A DNA stretch of 64,000 nucleotides from Chitinophagales bacterium (GTDB taxonomy: Bacteria > Bacteroidota > Bacteroidia > Chitinophagales > CAIOSU01): assembly GCA_034440455.1 (NCBI GenBank), contig JAWXCB010000008.1, forward strand, positions 66,442 through 130,441, read 5' to 3'. The translations under genes and the position numbers were made by a program. This document shows positions 1-7,675 of this stretch, piece after piece. Below the pieces are notes generated by a model, which was not told the DNA's origin, searched no databases, and was given only the letters and a program-made list of their open reading frames with translations. Each line of letters begins with the position of its first letter. Position 1 is the stretch's first letter.

Positions 1-52
1 TGTTTTTTGGCTGAAACTATGCTGTCATCCGGCAATTAAAAATTTAGATGCA

Positions 53-970
53 ATGAATTGGCGAGTGCATTTGGTATTGTTGTTCACGAGTCTGCGCAAA
101 CCGCTCGACCCAAAGCCTGACGCAGACATTTCTAAAATGCGCAGACTATCTGACAGAGCAGCGCGATTGGGTTCATTGCTTTATGATTCAAAAACTCCAA
201 TTGCATTAGTAAAGGATGCATCAGCCGATGGCGTTCCCGTAAGAATTTACAAAGACTCAAAGGCAAACGGTCAGCGTGTAATGATTTACTATCATGGAGG
301 CGGTTTTGTGTTATATGGCTTGGATTCGCATGACAGGGTGTGCAGAAGATTGTGCAAGATGAATGACTGCATCGTAGTATCTGTTGACTATAGGCTTGCA
401 CCGGAACATACTTTTCCCGCAGCGCATGAGGATGCATTTACCGCTATTCAATGGGTAAGAGCAAATATTGAAAAGTATGGTGGTGATTCTTCAAAGCTTA
501 TTTTGATAGGCGACAGCGCTGGCGGCAATCTCGCAGCGTGCATGGCGCATAAATGCAAACGGGGAAATATTCCGCTGCTTGCTCAAATATTGAATTACCC
601 GTGGATTGACGGTAAGTTGAATAATCCCTCTATTGATAAAAATGGGAAGGGTTATTTACTCGAAAAGGAAACCATGTTCTGGTTTCAGCAGCAATACACT
701 CCGAAAAAGGAAGACCAATGCAAACCCTCCGTATCACCTTGTTATGAAAATGATTTTGCCAACCTCGCTCCGGCATTTATTCTCACCGCAGAGTTTGACC
801 CGTTGGTGGATGACGGCTTCAACTATTACGAGCAACTGAAAGCCGCAGACAATCGTGTTCTTTATAAAGAATACCCGCAACTGATTCACGGTTTTTTCAG
901 CATTCCCGGAGTTTCAAAAGAAGCGATGCAGGCGTATCGGGATATAAAAGAATTTCTAAGCGCTCTTTAA
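53..970 (+). CDS. alpha/beta-hydrolase esterase/lipase (hormone-sensitive-lipase / Aes-like family IV)
   Basis: 305-aa ORF with the oxyanion-hole motif HGGGF, the nucleophile elbow GDSAGGN, and C-terminal DPLVDD and HGF catalytic-triad contexts. Confidence 0.8.
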   Translation: MNWRVHLVLLFTSLRKPLDPKPDADISKMRRLSDRAARLGSLLYDSKTPIALVKDASADGVPVRIYKDSKANGQRVMIYYHGGGFVLYGLDSHDRVCRRLCKMNDCIVVSVDYRLAPEHTFPAAHEDAFTAIQWVRANIEKYGGDSSKLILIGDSAGGNLAACMAHKCKRGNIPLLAQILNYPWIDGKLNNPSIDKNGKGYLLEKETMFWFQQQYTPKKEDQCKPSVSPCYENDFANLAPAFILTAEFDPLVDDGFNYYEQLKAADNRVLYKEYPQLIHGFFSIPGVSKEAMQAYRDIKEFLSAL

Positions 971-1404
971 TTCATCCTCCGCAGATAATTCACCTGCCCC
1001 AAATGATAATTGAGATGTGCCGTGAGATGAGTCAACACAAAAAGTGTTGTTGATGCTTCTTTGAATTTTTCAAGCGGATAAATCTGCATCACTTGTTCAT
1101 CCGTTAATTCTGACAATGTTTTTTTTACGATTACCGCAGTTTCATCCAAGCCTGCAAGAAGCGTTTCTTTCGAAATAGTTTTATCTGAAAACTCTTTATC
1201 GCGCTGACGCACGAAGCCCGTGTTTCCCAACACAGCGCCAATGAAATGCTTCAGATTCCCCGTGAGGTGCAGCGCAAGTGTTCCTGCTGAGTTTTTAATT
1301 TCGCCCTGCACAGTCCACAAGTGATCTTCAGGAAACAAGCGTATCTCTTCTTTGAATTTCTCTAAGTCGCGGAGAATGATTTCTGAAAAGGAGGAGGCTA
1401 TCAT
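967..1404 (-). CDS. DinB-superfamily protein (DUF1572-like four-helix bundle)
   Basis: 145-aa ORF with spaced His residues (LHLTGNLKHF ... HLTAHLNYHLGQ) typical of DinB/YfiT-like metal-binding bundles. Confidence 0.65.
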   Translation of the reverse strand: MIASSFSEIILRDLEKFKEEIRLFPEDHLWTVQGEIKNSAGTLALHLTGNLKHFIGAVLGNTGFVRQRDKEFSDKTISKETLLAGLDETAVIVKKTLSELTDEQVMQIYPLEKFKEASTTLFVLTHLTAHLNYHLGQVNYLRRMN

Positions 1405-1499
1405 GATTTACTGTTTAATGCTTTCGCCCACATTCTGATTCGTTTTTTTGAATAAGCTCGTGCTTCTTTAATAGTAAATGATCTCTTTGGTTTCTTCAT
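1401..1499 (-). CDS. possible 32-aa very basic small protein, translationally coupled to the DinB-family gene
   Basis: ATG at 1499. Hand translation gives MKKPKRSFTIKEARAYSKKRIRMWAKALNSKS. The TGA stop overlaps the downstream ATG as ATGA at 1401-1404. It is below the ORF-track length cutoff. Confidence 0.2.
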   Translation of the reverse strand: MKKPKRSFTIKEARAYSKKRIRMWAKALNSKS

Positions 1500-1540
1500 A
1501 TCAAATTCTCTTTTCTAATACAAACCCGATTTAGTCCGGA

Positions 1541-1575
1541 CTCCCTCTCCATTTGGAGAGGGGCGGGGTGAGGCT
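1541..1575 (+). repeat. GC-rich hairpin repeat, class 1 (CCCTCTCC-loop-GGAGAGGG followed by GCGGGGTGAGGCT)
   Basis: Stem 1543-1550 / 1556-1563 followed by GGGGTGAGGCT. Near-identical copies occur at 27855-27892 and, with an inserted second hairpin, at 23903-23964. Confidence 0.8.
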
Positions 1576-2878
1576 ATCCCTTAAACAACTCAAACCCGTT
1601 TGCAAACTCCTTCACCTCATTGTGTGTGGCGCTTATCAGCACAGCGTCATCATGATGCAAAATGAGCGTATCAATCCATTCCACGATGCGCAGCATATCA
1701 CTTTCCTTCATGCCGCGTGTGGTAGCTGCTGCCGTGCCGATGCGCATTCCTGAAGTTACCATTGGTGATTTATCATCAAACGGCACCATGTTTTTATTCA
1801 CCGTAATGCCCGCTTTGCCGAGTGTTTCTTCCGTGAGTTTGCCCGATACTTTCTTCGCGCGCATATCAATCAGCATTAGGTGATTGTCCGTGCCGCCTGA
1901 AATCACTTTATAGCCGCGCTTCACAAATTCATCCGCCATCGTCTTCGCGTTTTTCTTCACCTGCTCGATATAACTTTTATAATCAGGAGTGAGCGCTTCA
2001 TAAAAAGCAACCGCTTTCGCAGCAATCACATGTTCCAGCGGACCGCCCTGCGTTCCTGGGAATACGCCCGAATCAAGCAGCGCACTCATCATGCGGGTTT
2101 CACCTTTCGGAGTTTTGATGCCCCACGGGTTTTCAAAATCTTTTCCCATCATAATCACGCCCCCGCGCGGACCGCGCAATGTTTTATGCGTGGTGGAAGT
2201 AATGATGTGGCAATGCGGCAGCGGGTTGTTCAGCAAGCCGCAGGCAATCAGCCCTGCGGGATGCGCGATGTCAGCCATGAGCAATGCGCCTACGCTGTCG
2301 GCAATAGCGCGGAAGCGCGCATAATCCCAATCGCGCGAATAGGCAGATGCACCGCAGATGATAAGTTTAGGCTGCTCGCGCTTCGCAGTTTCTTCCACCT
2401 TGTCCATATCAATCAAGCCGGTGGCTTCTTCCACGCCATAGAAAAAAGGTTGATAGAGCTTTCCTGAAAAATTCACGGGCGAGCCGTGGGTAAGATGCCC
2501 GCCATGCGACAGGTTGAACCCGAGAATCTTATCACCGGGCTTCAGCACTGCAAGCATCACCGCTGCATTCGCCTGCGCGCCCGAGTGCGGCTGCACGTTG
2601 GCATAAGCCGCACCAAACAATTGCTTGAGGCGGTCAATGGCGAGTTGCTCCGACTCATCCACAAATTCGCAGCCGCCATAATAACGCCTGCCGGGATAGC
2701 CTTCCGCATATTTATTGGTGAGCACACTGCCCATCGCATCAAGCACCTGCTGGCTCACAAAATTCTCAGAGGCAATCAACTCAATGCCGGTGATTTGCCG
2801 CTCGCGCTCTTTGGCGATGATGTCAAAAATCAGCGTGTCGCGCTGCAAGCCTTGCGTTTTTTTTGTGAGCGTTTCCAT
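1574..2878 (-). CDS. glyA: serine hydroxymethyltransferase
   Basis: 434-aa ORF with full-length SHMT hallmarks ([36 protein letters not shown]-lysine region). Confidence 0.97.
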   Translation of the reverse strand: METLTKKTQGLQRDTLIFDIIAKERERQITGIELIASENFVSQQVLDAMGSVLTNKYAEGYPGRRYYGGCEFVDESEQLAIDRLKQLFGAAYANVQPHSGAQANAAVMLAVLKPGDKILGFNLSHGGHLTHGSPVNFSGKLYQPFFYGVEEATGLIDMDKVEETAKREQPKLIICGASAYSRDWDYARFRAIADSVGALLMADIAHPAGLIACGLLNNPLPHCHIITSTTHKTLRGPRGGVIMMGKDFENPWGIKTPKGETRMMSALLDSGVFPGTQGGPLEHVIAAKAVAFYEALTPDYKSYIEQVKKNAKTMADEFVKRGYKVISGGTDNHLMLIDMRAKKVSGKLTEETLGKAGITVNKNMVPFDDKSPMVTSGMRIGTAAATTRGMKESDMLRIVEWIDTLILHHDDAVLISATHNEVKEFANGFELFKG

Positions 2879-2894
2879 GAATCCGAGTTTTGTG

Positions 2895-2902
2895 CAAATT
2901 TA
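2895..2902 (-). promoter_or_regulatory. Bacteroidota-type -7 promoter box TAAATTTG for glyA
   Basis: The reverse complement of 2895-2902 is TAAATTTG, matching the TAnnTTTG consensus, 16 nt upstream of the glyA ATG. Confidence 0.4.
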
Positions 2903-3086
2903 AGGATGCACAGGTGAATTGAGGAAAGGATTTGGCGCGTATTTACTGTGTTTCTTTAGTGCTTTTACTGGTAGCATACTTTGTAGTAGAGTAGTGAATA
3001 TCTACAATAGTGCTTGTAAATACGTTAGTCAATATGCTCCTAAAAATTTATGTCCGTTGAAATGAACGCATAAGGGATAAATGAAG

Positions 3087-3150
3087 TTTTTAAAAGAAGG
3101 GATTAGAAGCACAACTGTTCGTTTACCTATCAAAACCCTTCTTTTAAAAA
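3087..3150. repeat. perfect 15-bp inverted repeat (TTTTTAAAAGAAGGG / CCCTTCTTTTAAAAA) with a 34-nt spacer
   Basis: Arms at 3087-3101 and 3136-3150, read directly from the sequence. It lies in the 600-bp non-coding gap left of the R-M islet. Confidence 0.7.
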
Positions 3151-3290
3151 TTTGCAATTATCTTTCTGTTAGCTGATGCCGTGCTTTTCCCACGAAGTGA
3201 TTCACTTTCATGTCAGCACGAAAGTATGTAAAAGCGAATTACATTAAAAGCAGAATCGTGTCAAGTTTGCAGAAAGCCAAGTGCCTTGAG

Positions 3291-3312
3291 AAAAATAAAT
3301 TTGTAAAAAAAG
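3291..3312 (+). repeat. left copy of the 22-nt inverted repeat AAAAATAAATTTGTAAAAAAAG flanking the C-R/M cassette
   Basis: Perfect reverse-complement match to 6524-6545. Contains TAAATTTG (a TAnnTTTG -7 box). Confidence 0.85.
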
Positions 3313-3434
3313 GAAGGGTGGATTTTTTTTGGGTGGCGAAAAAATACTCTCTTAAAAACTTTGCTTGTAGCGTTGGCTTGCAGCGGTTTTAAAAAGTGTA
3401 TTTTTTTCTGCGTTGGATTTTATTTTCAGATGTT

Positions 3435-3458
3435 ACTTATAGTCTTTGATTTATAGTC
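3435..3458 (+). promoter_or_regulatory. C-box operator pair (ACTTATAGTC-TTTG-ATTTATAGTC) for the controller protein
   Basis: Two 10-nt boxes with an ACT-N3-AGTC core separated by 4 nt, 23 nt upstream of the C gene. This resembles the GACT-N3-AGTC C-box architecture of C-protein-regulated R-M systems. Confidence 0.6.
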
Positions 3459-3480
3459 AACAAGTCAGCACTTTTGCACC

Positions 3481-3720
3481 GTGGATGTAAAGCTAAAAAT
3501 AGGTCAAAGAATGAAGACACTCCGTGAGGCATCAAGTATGTCTCAAAAGGATTTGGCTTATGCTGCCAACCTGGATAGAAGCTACATTGCAAGTATTGAA
3601 AATGGTCAGCGAAATGTATCTATTGTCAATATTGAAAAGATTGCAACTGCCCTAAATGTAACCGTAAAAGAATTTTTTAACGATGCCAAATTCAATAAAC
3701 ATTCAAAAGGCATTAAATAA
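3481..3720 (+). CDS. R-M controller (C) protein, XRE-family helix-turn-helix
   Basis: 79-aa ORF with an HTH_XRE pattern (IGQRMKTLREASSMSQKDLAYAANLDRSYIASIENGQRNVSI). It overlaps the downstream endonuclease ORF by 38 nt. The start is GTG at 3481; the alternative ATG at 3511 would truncate helix 1. Confidence 0.8.
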   Translation: MDVKLKIGQRMKTLREASSMSQKDLAYAANLDRSYIASIENGQRNVSIVNIEKIATALNVTVKEFFNDAKFNKHSKGIK

Positions 3721-4498
3721 TTTCAAAGCCCTAATTGAAGATTCAATTAGAGAGGGTGGAGAAGAAGCCAAACAAGCAATGATTAGGTCATCAAGACCTA
3801 TCTTGAATTTGCATGAAGCAGTTAAAAGTGAATTGATAAAAGCTGGTGTTGCTAAGGATTTTATTTTTCCTCCTCTTAATTCAAGAACGCCTGAATTAAA
3901 ACTTGCTGGTTCAAGGAAACAAAAAAATCAAGATGTCTGTATTGTCCCCAATCATAAGAAGGCAGATGAAATATTAAAGGAAGGATTGCTGCAAGATGTC
4001 GTTGATGAGTTTGGTGAAAAGTTTACTGAAAGAACAATTGCAATAAATGTAAGAAGCCAAATAAGCAGTATTCAAAAAAACTTTGACACTCTCTATGAAA
4101 GAACTACATCAGAGGCAATAAATCTTCATGACCGTTGTCCGAAAATGTGTATGGGAGAAGTTTATATGATTGCAGTTCCTGAATATGATGATAAGGCAAT
4201 TAGGGAAAGTAATGTTGGCTTTAAGAAAATAAGTCAAGCATTAGTTCTTAAATACATCAAATCGTTTCAAGCAATCAACAATAGAAAAGGAATTGAGAGG
4301 AATTTCTATAAGTATGAAAGAGTTTGTTTACTAATTGTTGATTTCAATAAAAGTCCTGCGAAGATTTATAACACAAATGCAGAATTGATAAAAGATGGAT
4401 TGATTCCCAAAGATAGCACGGTTGACATTGGCGAATTGTCTTGGGATAAATTTGTTCCCGAACTTTTAAAAACCTATTCAGAAAGATTCGGCAAATAA
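3683..4498 (+). CDS. putative Type II restriction endonuclease (specificity unknown)
   Basis: 271-aa ORF overlapping the C gene and convergent with the methyltransferase, the classical C-R / M layout. A possible PD-(D/E)XK-like segment is QDVCIV ... AINVRSQ. No family was recognised by eye. Confidence 0.55.
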   Translation: MPNSINIQKALNNFKALIEDSIREGGEEAKQAMIRSSRPILNLHEAVKSELIKAGVAKDFIFPPLNSRTPELKLAGSRKQKNQDVCIVPNHKKADEILKEGLLQDVVDEFGEKFTERTIAINVRSQISSIQKNFDTLYERTTSEAINLHDRCPKMCMGEVYMIAVPEYDDKAIRESNVGFKKISQALVLKYIKSFQAINNRKGIERNFYKYERVCLLIVDFNKSPAKIYNTNAELIKDGLIPKDSTVDIGELSWDKFVPELLKTYSERFGK

Positions 4499-6345
4499 AT
4501 ATTCAAGTGATATTTTTCAATCAGAAAATCATTAATCTCCTCGCTGTCATTCAAACTTCTTAAAGTTTGAATTTCGTTTTCTGTTAAGTCGGGAATATTA
4601 AATTTCTCTATGAAGTTTTTTTGATAGCAAGGATAACCGCCTTCAATCGCAACACTTGTTTTACTTACATAATAATCCATAACATAAGAGTTCAGAATTT
4701 TCTGAACTACATCTATGTTTTCAATTTTGGTAATTGGATTTATTAACTCCGCAAACATTCCGTTGGTCTCTTGCTCTCTGTAATAAAGTCCGTAACCGTT
4801 TGTAAAAAAACCTTCATCTTCAACCAATAAAAATCTTGGGTGCTGACTAAATGTTGGGTTCAAAATTTTCTTTCCTGTTCTTGTCAGTCCTTGCGTTCTG
4901 CCCCAAACAAAGAAAGGTGCAAAGGCAACTTTGCCTTTGTCTCTTGCAAGTAAATTTTCTTTCTCTGTAAGAAAGTAAGCGTAACACTTTGGATATTTTT
5001 TCTTAAAATCATTTTCAGGAATTGAGGTAGCAATTCCATTTTTAATGATGTAAGGAAAAATAATTTTCCTTGTGTTGTGTTCAACTTCTTTTTGCGTTCT
5101 GAAATCAGAAATTTTGTAAACTGGTTTTACAACTTCCTTTTCAATTTCAAAAGTTCCATTGTCTGTTGTCTTGATGTAACACCCGTTTTTAATGTTGCTG
5201 CCGTCAATGAAAAATATATCGTCTTTGAGTGTTGCAATACCAACACAAATATCAAACAGTTTACCGATTGGCTTGCCAATCGTTTCAATTGTTTTGATAT
5301 TTTGTTGTTCGTTTGTTTTTAGCAGTCGCCACTTTTTTACATTCAAGTTTTCAAGATAGTTTAGCGAACCATTCGCATTAGCAACAAACGCCTCTGGCGT
5401 TTGTTGTTCTTTTATTCTGTCGTAGGTTATCGCCTCATTCTGTTGCTTGCTCAAAAAAGTAATTGCGGTGTAAGTCTGTGCATCAAAAACTTTTTTGTGG
5501 CTAAAATCAATTATTCGTGTTACACATTTTTGTTGCTGAAAATATTTACGCAATGCCTCACCTGCAAGTGAAGTGAAATAATTGTTCGGTGTGATGTAAC
5601 CAAGTTTGCCTGTTGGTTTGAGCAACTTGTAACCCAACTCAAAAAAAGCAAAGTAAAGATTGAAAGTTCCGCCTTCAACTGTTGTCCAATGTTTCGCTAA
5701 ATAATTTCTGTTATCGTCTGTCAAGTCTTGAAACTTTACATAAGGTGGGTTGCCCACAATGTTGTCAAAGTTTATTTTCCAATTTGTCCGCAAACTGTCT
5801 TGGTGATACAAATTGAAATCGCTGTCGTTAAGTTGCTCACCGTTTTGCAAGGCGTAAATTGTCAGAATGAGTTTTGCTCTGTGAATGTTGTATTCAAGAA
5901 TGTCCGAACCGAAAATATTTTCTTTTACAATTTTTCGAATTGATTTCTTGAAAGCCCGTTTGTAGTAGTCTGTCAAGCCAACTAAAAATGCACCGCAACC
6001 ACAACTTGGGTCAAGGTTTTTATCATTTTCTTTCGGCTGAATTTCGTTGATGATAAAATCAATGATGTAGTCGGGAGTAAAAAATGCTCCGTTAAATTTT
6101 CTGTCGCTAATTGGAATGATTAACTCTAAATGATTTTCAAGTTCCTTGATGTTGGAAATGTTTAGCGAAGAAGTGTCAAAGTAGAGTTGTGGTGTTTGCT
6201 CAAAGTCCTTGAAGTAGCTTGTCAGGATTGAGCTTTTGGCAAAGTTGATTTTGTTGTTTGTCAGGTAGAAATAAATTAAATGCTGTTCAAGACTTGTCAA
6301 GTCGTGAGTTTGAATTAGCTGATTTAATATTCCCTTCTTTACCAT
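4474..6345 (-). CDS. Type II N6-adenine DNA methyltransferase, gamma class (Eco57I/TaqI-like)
   Basis: 623-aa ORF with AdoMet motif I (LDPSCGCGAFLV) upstream of catalytic motif IV (IVGNPPY), followed by a long C-terminal target-recognition region. Confidence 0.85.
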   Translation of the reverse strand: MVKKGILNQLIQTHDLTSLEQHLIYFYLTNNKINFAKSSILTSYFKDFEQTPQLYFDTSSLNISNIKELENHLELIIPISDRKFNGAFFTPDYIIDFIINEIQPKENDKNLDPSCGCGAFLVGLTDYYKRAFKKSIRKIVKENIFGSDILEYNIHRAKLILTIYALQNGEQLNDSDFNLYHQDSLRTNWKINFDNIVGNPPYVKFQDLTDDNRNYLAKHWTTVEGGTFNLYFAFFELGYKLLKPTGKLGYITPNNYFTSLAGEALRKYFQQQKCVTRIIDFSHKKVFDAQTYTAITFLSKQQNEAITYDRIKEQQTPEAFVANANGSLNYLENLNVKKWRLLKTNEQQNIKTIETIGKPIGKLFDICVGIATLKDDIFFIDGSNIKNGCYIKTTDNGTFEIEKEVVKPVYKISDFRTQKEVEHNTRKIIFPYIIKNGIATSIPENDFKKKYPKCYAYFLTEKENLLARDKGKVAFAPFFVWGRTQGLTRTGKKILNPTFSQHPRFLLVEDEGFFTNGYGLYYREQETNGMFAELINPITKIENIDVVQKILNSYVMDYYVSKTSVAIEGGYPCYQKNFIEKFNIPDLTENEIQTLRSLNDSEEINDFLIEKYHLNIYLPNLSE

Positions 6346-6523
6346 TTGTCCGTGTTGACTTTAAGCAACAAAAGTAACTATAAAAATTTACTCTTCAAGA
6401 AAATTCTGAAAAAACTTATCACCATCTTCAAAGAGGTGGAGAAAACACTCTTTCATTTTTTTTCGGGATAGCTTGTGTGTAGGCAAAAAAATGAAAGTGT
6501 GTTTTGTGCGTTGGAGTGGGTGG

Positions 6524-6545
6524 CTTTTTTTACAAATTTATTTTT
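6524..6545 (-). repeat. right copy of the 22-nt inverted repeat flanking the C-R/M cassette
   Basis: The reverse complement of 6524-6545 equals 3291-3312 exactly. It lies about 180 nt upstream of the methyltransferase start codon. Confidence 0.85.
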
Positions 6546-6647
6546 GAAGCGTTGCCTTTAGAAGCTGTGTCGGTTGTCGTCCATCTTGTCAAAAAACTGT
6601 TTGTTCAAAGCCGAAAAGTTCAAGGTTAGCAGTGTCCCAATACGTTT

Positions 6648-7601
6648 TCAGCTAACTAAATGGTCGGGATGGTCAGCCGTCCATACTTCGGTTTCCCAAG
6701 CGATGTCCATCTGCCACTTTCTAAAATCATTTCTTGTTAAGAACGCTGTTACAAAAATCAATTCAGCATTGCAGTCCTTCAACATTTTTCGCAATTCCAA
6801 AACTCGCGTTTCACTCATCGGTCCCGAACTATAAACGGCTTCAATCAAATAGAGCCATTTATTTTCCTTGCTGTAAGCAATGATGTCGGGCAATTCATCA
6901 TGCGAAAGTTCAAAGAAGTTTAACTTCTTCAACTCTTCAATTTCTATGTGCAAAAATTTATTTGAAGTGTCGCCAATGTAAAGAACAGAACAGTCGCTTC
7001 CGTATCGTGGCAAAAATTCTTCAATGATTGCTTTCTGCAAAACATTGTGTTCGCCAAGCGAAAGTTCAAGTGGCAAGCCGCTTGGAAGTTTCACTGGAAT
7101 TTTTTCAATGTTTCTTTTTCGTGAAAGTATTCGAGCAAGATTTGGTTTGTTCTTGTTGAATACTTTCAAAGATTTATTCCAGTTAACGGTATTGTATGTT
7201 ACGATTAACGCTTTGAAGTCAGGATGCAAAGCATAACCTCTTGTTGGATCATTGGTTGCAGAACCTTTATTTACTCCGCTGTTAATTACAATGTCAGCAA
7301 GCACAAGCAACTTCAAATCTTTTCTTCTGATGTCGTCATAAGAACCCGAAGAAATGTTTTCTTCAAAGTTTTTATTTACGATGTTGATGATGTCACGTGA
7401 TTTTAGATTTGCATTTTCTTTTGCTTTGCTTCAATCTGTTGTAACACCTGCAACTGCTAAAAGACAAACAGCCATTCTTTCCAAACCTCTTTCGGTTTTG
7501 GATGTCATAGGAATTCCAACACTCTCTAAAATTTCAAGTGCTTCGTTAATTATTTTCTGAACCGATTTTGATTTGGTGCTTTTGCGGATATACTTCTTCA
7601 T
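6648..7601 (-). pseudogene. PstI/BsuBI-family Type II restriction endonuclease gene interrupted by one in-frame TGA (codon 57)
   Basis: The ATG at 7601 opens MKKYIRKSTKSKSVQKIINEALEILESVGIPMTSKTERGLERMAVCLLAVAGVTTD, then TGA at 7431-7433. The same frame continues without further stops into the 222-aa ORF. C-terminal motifs (LPDIIAY, WLYLIEAV, IFVTAF, IAWETEVW) resemble the BsuBI/PstI catalytic domain. Confidence 0.7.
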
Positions 7602-7675
7602 AGATTAAACAGGGTAAGCACCTTGTTTGCTTGTAAATTATTTTCTAAAACTTCTTCAACGGAATACATTTCGTT

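Noticed and set aside
2030-2917. Antisense ORFs of 143-145 aa inside glyA (similar cases at 54182-55223 opposite dnaJ and 41824-42498 opposite the TonB receptor)
   Set aside because: These are shadow ORFs on the opposite strand of strongly supported genes. They have no recognisable motifs.
3210-3392. 60-aa ORF in the leader region left of the C gene
   Set aside because: It lies in AT-rich non-coding DNA and spans the 22-nt inverted repeat and its -7 box. It is Lys-rich and low-complexity, with no support beyond being open.
4474-6345. Type IIG fused endonuclease-methyltransferase or BREX PglX-like methyltransferase
   Set aside because: The protein is only 623 aa and has no nuclease-like N-terminal domain. 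No BREX, DISARM or other partner genes are nearby. The convergent C-R pair supplies the endonuclease.
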